Part shown: in pieces, positions 47,208-56,723 of the stretch | How positions within the stretch are numbered: the stretch's first letter is position 1 | Layout of the letters: the number at the start of each line of letters is the position of its first letter | NCBI GenBank assembly: GCA_029256015.1 | Contig: JAQSYQ010000004.1 | Coordinates: 35,032 to 99,031 of the forward strand | Source: Gammaproteobacteria bacterium | GTDB lineage: Bacteria > Pseudomonadota > Gammaproteobacteria > Francisellales > CACEW01 | Reading direction: 5' to 3' | DNA length: 64,000 bases | Made by a program: the position numbers and the translations under genes | Notes under the pieces: model-generated | What the model saw: the letters and a program-made list of their open reading frames with translations, nothing else | Databases searched by the model: none | Told to the model about the DNA's origin: nothing

Positions 47208-48626
47208 TTATCTTAAGCCAGGAAGATCCATTTGATTAGCTATAAGTTCTAATCCGCGCCCGATAGCATCTCTGCTGTCGGCAGCAGCTGTGCTGACTGA
47301 AGAAGGACTTACTGCCTGGGTCTGTTTTCTTGAAAAGCATAAAGCCAATTTCCCAATCCCGTTCTCTATAAATTCAGAAGTGATATTATAGCGAGACAAC
47401 AATGCGCATGCCCCTGAAGTCCCTATCAAAGTCCAACTTAAAGCAGGATCAGCATTATTGCCAATTTTTTCTTGTTCGGCCTGAAAGGTAAAATAGATGG
47501 TACTGGCAGCCCCTAACCCCGCTAAGCTAATGGATAATAATATATGGAGGAATTTGCAAAAATTTGAACATGGCGCTGAGTTCTGATTTTTTTTATTGCC
47601 CGCCAAGCCAAATAGTTTGAATAACTCTACTACGTTCAGCGCAAAAAATGGAATGCTTGAAATCATGCCATAACTTAGCTGCCCAGGTCTTGAAGCCCCT
47701 ATAGTGCTGGCAGAATCCTCACCATTCACCACGTTGGAATATACACCAAACCCACTGCACACAATAATACCAGCGGAGATTGCAGCTTTACCTGCATAAG
47801 CCAGCCCCATTCTTTTTCCATGTTGTTGCATTTTACTTGGGCGAAAACCGTCAATAATTTGCCCAGCCACATCGCCCATTTGCAAGATTTTAACTCCATA
47901 GCCCAATATATTTGCCACTATGGTCATAGCATAGAAAAAGTTCTGAACATCAGCTCGGGTAGAAGGATTGGCAATATCCGGGCCATGAGTATTAGCAAAA
48001 GCCGTATTGGACATTTGGGCAAGAACGGTAGAAGCCAAGGTTGAAAAAGTAAAGGCTACTGCTGTAAAACCAAGAGAAAGATAAGGATTGGCACTTATTG
48101 ATGCAGGTTCTCTAACGCTAAGCTTTGAAGCACCCGTGTTTTTTAATACTGCCTCTATATCTGGGGTTTCAGAACAAGCTTGGTCCCTTGGCCTATTGGT
48201 CAATTTTCTATATAAGCCTGGCACTTTTTCCTTAACCAACTCAGGAGTAGTATTCCATAACGTCCCGATAGAAGGCACCACGGCTAAAGCTGCTAAAGAA
48301 TAAGCGCCTGCTGTATCCAGCCCCAGGTAATCCCTAAAAAAGCCAAAGCTACCGGCAAAATTACGATAGGAGGCTGCTACATTGGCTATTCCTATGGCCG
48401 CTATGCTAAAGTTTTGCAAGCACTCGGTATTTAGGCAGCTCCTAACTGAACTAGCGACTCGCCTTATTCTAGCGATAGACCTTGAACCACAGCCTCCCAC
48501 CACTTCTTCAGCAACTAAACTTGCCCCAAGATCATCCTCTAATGACTCACCTGATGGCATTAAAGGAACACCTAAAAGACTAGACTTCGCCGGTCCGTTT
48601 AAGGCATCAGCTTCCCATCCTCTCAT
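47208..48626 (-). CDS. Orphan polytopic membrane protein (472 aa) at the position where mraZ is expected
   Basis: AAGGAAG lies upstream of the ATG at 48626. There are multiple hydrophobic segments and a Ser/Ala-rich C-terminal region. I recognise no family. Confidence 0.65.
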   Translation of the reverse strand: MRGWEADALNGPAKSSLLGVPLMPSGESLEDDLGASLVAEEVVGGCGSRSIARIRRVASSVRSCLNTECLQNFSIAAIGIANVAASYRNFAGSFGFFRDYLGLDTAGAYSLAALAVVPSIGTLWNTTPELVKEKVPGLYRKLTNRPRDQACSETPDIEAVLKNTGASKLSVREPASISANPYLSLGFTAVAFTFSTLASTVLAQMSNTAFANTHGPDIANPSTRADVQNFFYAMTIVANILGYGVKILQMGDVAGQIIDGFRPSKMQQHGKRMGLAYAGKAAISAGIIVCSGFGVYSNVVNGEDSASTIGASRPGQLSYGMISSIPFFALNVVELFKLFGLAGNKKNQNSAPCSNFCKFLHILLSISLAGLGAASTIYFTFQAEQEKIGNNADPALSWTLIGTSGACALLSRYNITSEFIENGIGKLALCFSRKQTQAVSPSSVSTAAADSRDAIGRGLELIANQMDLPGLR

Positions 48627-48852
48627 AATTTATCTTCCTTTTTACCAGCCTTAGCTGCTTTTTAAAAAGCTATTTTACAGCCATAGAAAAACAACTCAAC
48701 TGTTTAAAATTTCCTTAGCTTTAGAATAAGAGAAAAATGCTTATAAATTATTTACTTAGACTAGTAACTTTTTTTACCTGCTAAGGTAGCAACGGAGCAA
48801 GTAGAATATATAACAGCTTTATTTTTTGTTTTAATTAGACAAATCTCGCTTT

Positions 48853-49578
48853 TTAGCCTATAACAGCTTTTCGCTCAATTGGGAAAATCGCAGTAAAAAT
48901 GCTGCCCTTTCCTAATTCGCTTTGAATGTCTAGCTTAGCTTCATGACGCATTAAAACGTGTTTTACAATAGCGAGCCCAAGGCCTGTACCTCCGGATTGT
49001 CTAGAGCGGCCCTTATCCACTCGGTAAAATCTCTCTGTTAATCTAGGAATATCCTTGGTTGGAATGCCCATGCCGGTATCTTTTACTGTAAAAAAGATCG
49101 CCTTGTCATCAGCATGCCAGCTTATAAAAATCTCTCCCTGTTGGGGAGTGTAATAAACAGCGTTCATGACTAAATTTGAAAAAGCGCTGTGTAGTTCAGA
49201 AGCCTCACCTAATAAGCCCAAAGATTGATCAATATCTAATGTAAATCGATGCCTACCCTGGCTGAGGTCCTTTGCATCTTGCAAAATTCTCTCAATGATC
49301 TCATTAATTTTACAAGGTTCCTGCTTTGAAACCGGCTCTTCGCTTTCCAGCTTTGAAAGCAACAATAAATCTGCGACCAAACTTTCCATTCTTTTAGCTT
49401 GATCAAATACTTTTTGCCAGATTTCATAAAGCTTGGGGTCGGTGGACTGATAAGAACTAAGCAAAATTTCAACATAGCCGTGAATAACGGTTAGCGGAGT
49501 GCGCAATTCATGAGAGACATTTGCAACGAAATCTTGACGCATTTTATGAAGACGTTCTAACTCATCACGTTCTGACAT
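48853..49578 (-). CDS. phoR: PhoR-like histidine kinase consisting only of DHp + catalytic domains (no TM, no PAS)
   Basis: 241 aa aligning to the C-terminal ~240 aa of E. coli PhoR (RQDFVANVSHELRTPLTVIHGY, NLVMNAVYYTP, RLTERFYRVDKGRSRQSGGTGLGLAIVKH). The ATG overlaps the phoB stop (TAATG). Confidence 0.85.
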   Translation of the reverse strand: MSERDELERLHKMRQDFVANVSHELRTPLTVIHGYVEILLSSYQSTDPKLYEIWQKVFDQAKRMESLVADLLLLSKLESEEPVSKQEPCKINEIIERILQDAKDLSQGRHRFTLDIDQSLGLLGEASELHSAFSNLVMNAVYYTPQQGEIFISWHADDKAIFFTVKDTGMGIPTKDIPRLTERFYRVDKGRSRQSGGTGLGLAIVKHVLMRHEAKLDIQSELGKGSIFTAIFPIERKAVIG

Positions 49579-50282
49579 TATTTGCTCTCATGCCTAAGTT
49601 GATAGCCAATGCCCCTTTGAGTCTCAATAACAAAAGGCAAACCGTAAACTTTTAAAATATGCCGAAATTTTTTGATATAAGCATCGATGGTACGATCGTT
49701 TACATATTTATTATCCGGCCAAACCTGTGCTAATAGCTGCTCTCTTGCATAGGTTCGGTTGAGGTTTTTTAACAAATAAGCGAATAGCCCAAATTCTAGT
49801 GCGCTAAGCTTCACAACTTGATCCTGATAAATTAATTCTCGATTGATTAAATCCACCGTTAAACCATGGACCATAAACTGGTTCTGATGGCTGTGAGTAC
49901 GTCGCAAAACAGCTTTAATTCTAGCCATCAACTCTAATGGGGAAAACGGTTTAACCACATAATCATCAGCGCCTGAACTCAAGCTTCTGACTTTGTGCTC
50001 TTCTTCTGCTAAAGCGGTCAACATAATAATGGGAATATTTTGGGTTTGCGCGTGGGCGCGTAAAAATTTGATGACTTCTATACCTGATTGGTCTGGCAGC
50101 ATCCAGTCCAATAAAATTAAATCAGGCTGTTTACTTAAAGCTAGCTCTATGCCTTGTTTACCTGAAGCAGCTTCAATCAGATTAAATTGCCCAAGTTCAA
50201 GAGAAAACCTCAACATCTCCCGTATTGGTGCCTCGTCTTCTATAAACAAGATAACCGGCTGGTTTGATGAAGGATTTTTCAT
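49578..50282 (-). CDS. phoB: Phosphate-regulon-type response regulator (OmpR/PhoB family)
   Basis: 234 aa, closely alignable to E. coli PhoB (EDEAPIREM, DLILLDWMLP, GADDYVVKPFSPLELMARIKAVLRR, REQLL..VW). Confidence 0.88.
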   Translation of the reverse strand: MKNPSSNQPVILFIEDEAPIREMLRFSLELGQFNLIEAASGKQGIELALSKQPDLILLDWMLPDQSGIEVIKFLRAHAQTQNIPIIMLTALAEEEHKVRSLSSGADDYVVKPFSPLELMARIKAVLRRTHSHQNQFMVHGLTVDLINRELIYQDQVVKLSALEFGLFAYLLKNLNRTYAREQLLAQVWPDNKYVNDRTIDAYIKKFRHILKVYGLPFVIETQRGIGYQLRHESK

Positions 50283-50351
50283 ATAGTTTTCACCGATTTT
50301 TCATGCGCGAAGTCTAGCATACGCTCAAACAAACATCAAAAGGAGAAAAAA

Positions 50352-51017
50352 ATGGGAAAGAATTCACCATTAGATATCACAGAGGATGGCTATGTAACAT
50401 TAGCCGAGACTGATAGCATGGTTATCAGAAATAGCCCGCCAAAGCCTATTAGCTATGCTCATGTAGGTTTATTAGTCGGCCCAATCATTCTCGTGCCATA
50501 CTTAGGTTGGCGCGCTACTCAATACCCCGTTAACCTTCCTATACTGGGCATTACCCATACTAATTCCAATCCGGCCAATATCTGCATAGGAATGCTGTCG
50601 GGCTTTATTTATGGGATGGAGAAGTTTTACCGCTTATTTGAAATAATTGATGCCTGGACAGCCTCTCCACAGAAAGTCAAAGAAGCGCCGGCTGAAACTT
50701 CACTATTGAAATTCCTGCCGATTATCAGCGCTATCCTTGCTATACTCACCGTCAATTTGACTGAACAGTCAGATGGCGGAGGCCTGTTCAATGCCGCAGA
50801 TTTTTCACAATTTAGCTCAATAGAGAAAAGTATAGTTTCAGCACTATCAGGAGGGTTTGACGGTGCGACGATGGCGGTTAGATTAGGGAAAGCAGCTGAT
50901 GTTATTTTGAATCGATTGCCTAGCAAAGGCCCTTTTCAAATCGCCCACACAGCTAGAGCAGAAAGCTCACCTGGAGTAGAGCTAACAAACGGAGATTTCG
51001 CTTTAAATAATGCTTAG
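50352..51017 (+). CDS. Orphan membrane protein (221 aa)
   Basis: AAGGAGAAAAAA lies upstream of the ATG. There are several hydrophobic segments and no recognisable domain. Confidence 0.55.
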   Translation: MGKNSPLDITEDGYVTLAETDSMVIRNSPPKPISYAHVGLLVGPIILVPYLGWRATQYPVNLPILGITHTNSNPANICIGMLSGFIYGMEKFYRLFEIIDAWTASPQKVKEAPAETSLLKFLPIISAILAILTVNLTEQSDGGGLFNAADFSQFSSIEKSIVSALSGGFDGATMAVRLGKAADVILNRLPSKGPFQIAHTARAESSPGVELTNGDFALNNA

Positions 51018-51105
51018 ATAATAGCGCCTACTATCTTTATTTTTCAAGCAGACAAGGTGACGCTTACAGTCGCAGTGTATATAAGTTTTAGCACCTTTAT
51101 TTTTT

Positions 51106-51192
51106 GATCTGCCGAGGCGCGCAAGCATAAAGCGAGCGGAGTGTATAAATGATACTCGAGCACGCGACTGCGCCGCGCAACAAAGGCAGGTC
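51106..51192. repeat. Family R2 element just downstream of rnpB
   Basis: gatctgccgaggcgcgcaagcataaagcgagcgga...gcgcaacaaaggcaggtc. The ends are weakly inverted (gatctgcc / ggcaggtc), and it is related to 11398-11485 and 15362-15435. Confidence 0.45.
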
Positions 51193-51206
51193 AAAAAAAA
51201 AATGCT

Positions 51207-51654
51207 AAAAAAAGCCAACCGATAAGCCGGGTTCTGTCGCGGACAATCATTCCTCTAGGCTCACCGTCACCGATAAGCTCAAGCAACCTACCCGAACGCT
51301 ACGCGGGCCACGCAACATGCGTTCCTATTTGGTCTTGCTCCAAGTGGGGTTTTCCCTGCCATTACTGTTACCAGCAATGCGGTGCGCTCTTACCGCACCT
51401 TTTCACCCTTACCAGCAAGCTGGCGGTATATTTTCTGCGGCACTTTCCGTAGGCTCACGCCTCCCAGCTGTTAGCTGGCACTTTTACCCTGTGGAGCCCG
51501 GACTTTCCTCTATTTGGGTCATACTCATGCTGATACTGCGTTATGCTCGCTGCTGCGTTGCGCATGTATATATTAATACACTGTGCTACTCACAACTTCG
51601 CATGCCTTGTCTCAACATGAGTATGACCCAAATAGCGATTGCCTGGTTGGCTTC
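51207..51654 (-). ncRNA. rnpB: RNase P RNA (bacterial type A) with expanded P3
   Basis: The reverse strand reads GAAGCCAACCAGGCAATCGC...GAGGAAAGTCCGGGCTCCACAGGG...GGTAAGGGTGAAAAGGTGCGGTAAGAGCGCACC...ACAGAACCCGGCTTATCGGTTGGCTTT. This aligns block by block with E. coli M1 RNA. The 5' and 3' ends pair as P1. Confidence 0.93.
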
Positions 51655-51783
51655 GGGAAGATTATATAATAATTCGCCTGTTTTCAAAAGAGGGGCTGGG
51701 GAGATTAAATCCATCAGGCCTCTCTTTGCTAAAGGAAGCCCTTGCCCTCTATAATGCGTATATTTCGATATTTAGGTGATGGA

Positions 51784-53673
51784 ATGTCTAACTACAGTAA
51801 TGATCAATCGTATCAGGCCCAATATCAGTTATCGATTCAGCATCCCGAGCAGTTTTGGGCGGAGCAAGCCAAAATACTGGACTGGATTAAGCCTTGGGAC
51901 AAAGTCATTTCAGGCAATCTTACTGAGGGCAATGTAAAGTGGTTTGAGGGCGGCATATTAAACGTTTCTTATAACTGCTTAGACCGACATTTATCCGAGC
52001 GCGGCGATAAAATTGCTGTGATTTGGGAAGGCGACAGCCCTGGTCATTCCAGGAAATTCAGCTATAAAGAACTTCATCAAGCAGTCTGCAAATTTGCCAA
52101 TGTATTAAAAGCTCAAGGAGTGAAAAAAGGCGATCGAGTTTGCATTTATATGCCGATGGCACCAGAAGCTTTAATGGCTATGCTGGCTTGCGCGAGAATC
52201 GGTGCGGTGCATTCTGTCATATTTGGAGGCTTTTCACCTGAATCCATTGCCAATCGGATTATAGACGTGGATTGCTATACCGTCGTTACCTCGAGCTTTG
52301 GCTATCGAGGTAGTAAAAAACTCAGCTTTAAAGACAACGTCGATGAAGCCTTATTAAACTGCCCTAATGTCCGATCGGTATTAGTCGTCACTAATGAAAA
52401 TGAATCGGTAAATTGGGTAAAAGGCCGCGATGTAGATTATTTCAAAGCTGCTTCACAGGCTTCTGAGCACTGCCCTTGTGAGCCTATGAATGCCGAAGAC
52501 CCTTTATTTATTTTGTATACCTCAGGCTCAACCGGAAAACCCAAGGGAGTCTTGCATAGCACAGCGGGCTATCTGCTTTATGTCACTCTTAGCCATAAAG
52601 AAGTGTTTGGCTTGCAGGAACATGATATTTATTGGTGTACAGCTGATGTGGGCTGGATTACAGGCCACTCATATGTTGCTTACGGCCCGCTTGCCAATGG
52701 CGCAACAGTCGTGACATTTGAAGGAGTCCCGCACTATCCCGATCACTCTCGCTACTGGCAGATTATCGACAAATATCAGGTCAGCATTTTTTATACTTCA
52801 CCAACTGCTATCAGGTCTTTAATGCAACATGGAGACGGACCTTTAGCTTCCACTCATCGAAGCAGCTTAAGGCTATTAGGCACTGTGGGCGAGCCTATCA
52901 ACCCAGAGGCCTGGGAGTGGTATTTTGAATCGGTGGGTAAAAAGCGTTGCCCTATTGTAGATACTTGGTGGCAAACCGAAACCGGCGGCTTTATGATTGC
53001 TCCGCCTGCGCAGTTAAATAAGCAAAAACCCGGCTCAGCCATGCGGCCCTTTTATGGAGTAGAGCCTGTGATCCTGGATGAAAAAGGCAATGAGCTCTCA
53101 GGAGCTTGTGAAGGGATTTTAGCCATTAAATCTCCTTGGCCTGGCATGCTTAGAACAGTTTATGGTGATCATGATCGATTTATGAAAGCTTATCTAAAAG
53201 TTTATCCGGGCCATTATTTTACCGGGGACGGCGCCAAAAGAGATCAGGACGGAGACTATTGGATCACCGGAAGAATTGATGATGTGCTTAATGTTTCAGG
53301 ACATCGCATTGGAACGGCTGAGGTGGAAAGTGCTTTGGTACTCCATGAAAGCGTTGCCGAAGCTGCTGTTGTGGGAATGCCTCATGATATTAAGGGCCAG
53401 GGCATTTATGCCTATGTCGTTCTAATGGATGGCGTTATCGCTTCAGAGCAACTCAAAAAAGAATTAAACGAGATGGTGAGGACCCATATCGGGCCTATCG
53501 CCCATTTGGATCAAGTTCAGTTCGCAGAAGCCCTTCCTAAAACCAGGTCGGGTAAAATTATGAGAAGAATTTTACGCAAAATTGCCGCAAAAGAGACCGA
53601 TAATCTGGGAGATATTTCGACTTTGTCTAATCCAGAATCAGTGGAAAAATTAATTCAAACTGCAGGCAGTTGA
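51784..53673 (+). CDS. acs: Acetyl-CoA synthetase
   Basis: [35 protein letters not shown] and the C-terminal [15 protein letters not shown] at 51784 follows AGGTGA; the track ORF starts at 51742. Confidence 0.96.
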   Translation: MSNYSNDQSYQAQYQLSIQHPEQFWAEQAKILDWIKPWDKVISGNLTEGNVKWFEGGILNVSYNCLDRHLSERGDKIAVIWEGDSPGHSRKFSYKELHQAVCKFANVLKAQGVKKGDRVCIYMPMAPEALMAMLACARIGAVHSVIFGGFSPESIANRIIDVDCYTVVTSSFGYRGSKKLSFKDNVDEALLNCPNVRSVLVVTNENESVNWVKGRDVDYFKAASQASEHCPCEPMNAEDPLFILYTSGSTGKPKGVLHSTAGYLLYVTLSHKEVFGLQEHDIYWCTADVGWITGHSYVAYGPLANGATVVTFEGVPHYPDHSRYWQIIDKYQVSIFYTSPTAIRSLMQHGDGPLASTHRSSLRLLGTVGEPINPEAWEWYFESVGKKRCPIVDTWWQTETGGFMIAPPAQLNKQKPGSAMRPFYGVEPVILDEKGNELSGACEGILAIKSPWPGMLRTVYGDHDRFMKAYLKVYPGHYFTGDGAKRDQDGDYWITGRIDDVLNVSGHRIGTAEVESALVLHESVAEAAVVGMPHDIKGQGIYAYVVLMDGVIASEQLKKELNEMVRTHIGPIAHLDQVQFAEALPKTRSGKIMRRILRKIAAKETDNLGDISTLSNPESVEKLIQTAGS

Positions 53674-54165
53674 TTTTGATCTCTCAGGTCTAGCTTCCGG
53701 CATTTTTAATGCTGCTAAAACTTCCCCAATTGGCATTTCTGTTGATGCCGTTGGGCGGATAAACTGTTTAGGTTCGGGTAAAATATCGCCTCGTTGAATC
53801 TGATCTACAAATTGTGGCAACTCGAGGGAAGCAGCTGCTGCAAGCTCGCTCATTTTCTTACAAATAAAATAAACTTCATAAACAAGCTCTTCACTTTCAA
53901 AAAGTTCATTTCCTTGAAAAAACTCCTCGAGTGCCTCAAGTAAAATCCCAGGCTCAACATTGGCATGGCTTATTATTTTTTCACAGTATTTGGCGAATGC
54001 TTTCTGTTCATTGCTGGCTTCTCTTTGCTTAGCTATTAGTGAATAAGCCGATAGAACTTGAATTAAACTGTTGAAAGCTGCTATTTCATTGGTAGAGGCT
54101 TCGCTTGAAATCAAGTCTAAAGCTTTTTTAAGCCAACTAGTATCACCCAGATTTAATCCCAACAT
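53650..54165 (-). CDS. Orphan 171-aa helical protein
   Basis: AAGGGG lies upstream of the ATG at 54165. The 3' end overlaps the acs 3' end by 24 nt (convergent). It is immediately downstream of the 611-aa orphan. Confidence 0.55.
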   Translation of the reverse strand: MLGLNLGDTSWLKKALDLISSEASTNEIAAFNSLIQVLSAYSLIAKQREASNEQKAFAKYCEKIISHANVEPGILLEALEEFFQGNELFESEELVYEVYFICKKMSELAAAASLELPQFVDQIQRGDILPEPKQFIRPTASTEMPIGEVLAALKMPEARPERSKSTACSLN

Positions 54166-54219
54166 TTTCTACCCCTTATGAAAATATGGGGTCATATTGC
54201 CAAAACTTTTGCTGGATTG

Positions 54220-56055
54220 CTAGGAGTCGGCAGGAGAAGGGCCGGGAGCAGCTTTAGGGTTAGGTTCTGATGATTTAGAGGCTAAAGACATATGGAAAAT
54301 AGGAGTCGCCCCGAGTTGCATATTTGGCATTCTTTCCGAAGCCTTATACCTTTTTGAAGCCGCTTGCCTAATAAGAACAGGCGGGCTAGGCAAAGCCTGT
54401 GGCAAATCCTGACGAGCAGGCATTATGGGCGCAGATAAAACTGGCGCTTTGTCTTGTCTAGAGTTAAATAGAGGCCTAACAGCCTCAAAGCCTTTTGAAA
54501 TGAAATTCCATGCTTTGTACAACAATTGCTTCATACTAGAAGCCTGTTCTGTCACCTTGCCCATTGCATAGCCACGAGGATTTCTTCTTACAAGGCTAGA
54601 CACTTCTTTATTAGACTTCTCTATATACTGTTGGGCAGCCCGAACTATTTTATTATTAGCTTCTGGATGCTTTGGATCCCGCATTAATTTAGTCAATTGT
54701 GAAACAGGATTTTTGATCTCAGCCTGATAAGCTCTGATAATCTGTTCCATATGAAACTTATCTGGAGCCTTGCTAATCGCCTCACAAATCGCATTACTCA
54801 CAGCATCTCTTTTTTGATCTCTAGCTAAAGCCTGGCTTTCTTGACCTAAATACCGTGCTTTCACATTCTCTACAAGTTGTTGAGAGTCAAATTTTACTTG
54901 TACTTTTTGAAGTCGCTCTTCAAAGCCGCTTATAATTAGCATGACTTTCTGACGCAAATCGGCAGGCAGAGCTCTAAATCTAGGATTGCTTGGATTATTA
55001 TATTCCTCTTGTATGTCCCTTATACGAGTTCTCAATTCTTTGAGCTGTTCTAAAGGCCTGGTTTTTTCATAGAGGTAAAATTCAGTGACCGCTTCTTCTA
55101 ATTTCAGATGCAAATCCACGAAAAACTGCCTCTGTTGGGCCAAAGCTTCACGAAGGTTTGGGCTTTTTGTAGAATCAATAATGCCTGCCTTGAGCTCTCT
55201 AAAAAGAGGATCCACAGCCACTCGTTCACCTGACTCATCGGCCTTATGAAAATTAGGATTAGCCGCCTTAAGAACAGAGTCAAAATAATCTTCATGCCTT
55301 AGGCCTTGCTGGCATCGATCAATCAGTATTTTTTTTGTCTGTTCCGATAGTTGCCTTTGGGTGATAATTTCTCGGCAAAGCTCAGCATCCTCGCCCCGTA
55401 TAATTACAGGAAAACGCAGTTGGTAAGCGCCTGGCTTTCCTTTATCGGGATTCGGCACAAACACCAGATCATATTCAACGCTGGCCCTAAATGGCACCTT
55501 GCTAATTTGAGTATTGGAATCAGCAAACTCTAGGTAGTTATAGCTATGTTTAATTTTTAATACGGTTTGGCGTTCGCCAGTTTGAGGGTCAATTTCTGAC
55601 TCGAAGCTATTCTTATTATTATTGGCTGTTAGCTGAACCCCAATATAACCAGGCATTTCCTCTGCGATAGGCATTAGTACTGAAAACGACGCATTACTGG
55701 TCAATTGAATTAAGGACTGAAAATAAGCCGTAACAGGATCATCTCCTATATAAAGGCCTTTATCCAAACCAAGCTTCTGCCTTACCAAGCTAATGAATCT
55801 CGATGACTGTTTAGACGCATTCTGGCTGGTAAAAGGCTCTTGATAAACATTTAAAAACTGGTCTGCAAAAAGTTGCCCGTTCAGCAACACTTTGCCACGA
55901 GGAGCATCTGTCAGCAGTTTATCTTTTACACCACTAGGAATTCTTTGAACAAAATCAGGACCCCACTCCATATGCCAGACTGGATTAGTCGCTTGTTCTA
56001 AGTCTCTCTGAGTCAATCTGACTTCGGGAATTTGAGAGTTTGGACGCGCTTGCAT
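54220..56055 (-). CDS. Orphan 611-aa protein (candidate secreted effector)
   Basis: Long uninterrupted ORF with no motif I can place. It has a helical/coiled central region and a Pro/Ser/Ala-rich C-terminal ~90 aa. Confidence 0.7.
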   Translation of the reverse strand: MQARPNSQIPEVRLTQRDLEQATNPVWHMEWGPDFVQRIPSGVKDKLLTDAPRGKVLLNGQLFADQFLNVYQEPFTSQNASKQSSRFISLVRQKLGLDKGLYIGDDPVTAYFQSLIQLTSNASFSVLMPIAEEMPGYIGVQLTANNNKNSFESEIDPQTGERQTVLKIKHSYNYLEFADSNTQISKVPFRASVEYDLVFVPNPDKGKPGAYQLRFPVIIRGEDAELCREIITQRQLSEQTKKILIDRCQQGLRHEDYFDSVLKAANPNFHKADESGERVAVDPLFRELKAGIIDSTKSPNLREALAQQRQFFVDLHLKLEEAVTEFYLYEKTRPLEQLKELRTRIRDIQEEYNNPSNPRFRALPADLRQKVMLIISGFEERLQKVQVKFDSQQLVENVKARYLGQESQALARDQKRDAVSNAICEAISKAPDKFHMEQIIRAYQAEIKNPVSQLTKLMRDPKHPEANNKIVRAAQQYIEKSNKEVSSLVRRNPRGYAMGKVTEQASSMKQLLYKAWNFISKGFEAVRPLFNSRQDKAPVLSAPIMPARQDLPQALPSPPVLIRQAASKRYKASERMPNMQLGATPIFHMSLASKSSEPNPKAAPGPSPADS

Positions 56056-56135
56056 GATGATCGCCTTTTATTGTTCTTATATAAAATATAGACGATATTT
56101 AATGTTTTTTAGATAAAGCGGTGATTTATATAAAT

Positions 56136-56609
56136 TTAAATACGTTGTAAAGTCACAAAGTCAAGAGCGTAAAGATGCTTTTCATCAGCAGGATGATGCT
56201 CTCTTGAAAGCTCCTTCCATTCTGTCGGATTAAGCTCAGGGAAATAGACATCACCTTCAATATTGGCTTGAACTTCAGTCAAATAAAGGGTCTCGATTTT
56301 GGGAAGCAGCATCTTAAAAATCTCAGCCCCACCGATCACCGCTACTTCTTGGTCGCTAGCCAATTCATCCAAAGAGTGAATTACTTCACAGCCAGGGATG
56401 CTTAGAGCCTTATCCCGACTTAAAATAATATTGCGCCTATTGGGTAAGGGTCTACCGATGGAATCGTAGGTTTTACGTCCCATCAGGACAGGTTTTCCCA
56501 CAGTTAAAGCCTTAAAATGCTTTAAATCATCGGGCAAGTGCCAGGGCAACTGGTTGTTTTTACCCATCACCCGATTAAGGCTATAAGCTATGACTCCTGA
56601 TAATTTCAT
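56136..56609 (-). CDS. folA: Dihydrofolate reductase
   Basis: 157 aa with LPWHLPDDLKHFK, MGRKTYDSIGRPLPNRRNI and VIGGAEIF. Confidence 0.93.
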   Translation of the reverse strand: MKLSGVIAYSLNRVMGKNNQLPWHLPDDLKHFKALTVGKPVLMGRKTYDSIGRPLPNRRNIILSRDKALSIPGCEVIHSLDELASDQEVAVIGGAEIFKMLLPKIETLYLTEVQANIEGDVYFPELNPTEWKELSREHHPADEKHLYALDFVTLQRI

Positions 56610-56630
56610 TTAAATCCTCAACTATATTGT

Positions 56631-56713
56631 TATCCTGGGGCTGCGTAGCAGAACCCGGGATCTAAAGATAAAGCTGGTTTCTGGATCAAAGCTTCGCTTC
56701 GTCCAGAATGACA
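56631..56713. repeat. Family R4 composite element (TCCTGGGGCTGC..CAGAACCCGGGATC module + hairpin + GAATGACAAA)
   Basis: 56631-56662 matches the reverse complement of 62217-62253. 56655-56713 parallels 13895-13941. Confidence 0.5.
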
Positions 56714-56723
56714 AAACCTGTTG

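Noticed and set aside
51317-51754. 145-aa plus-strand ORF (and the 71-aa minus ORF at 51003-51218) from the ORF track
   Set aside because: The 145-aa ORF lies antisense across the RNase P RNA gene, and its product is low-complexity with no SD. The 71-aa ORF spans the R2 repeat and the rnpB 3' flank. Both are artefacts of non-coding DNA.
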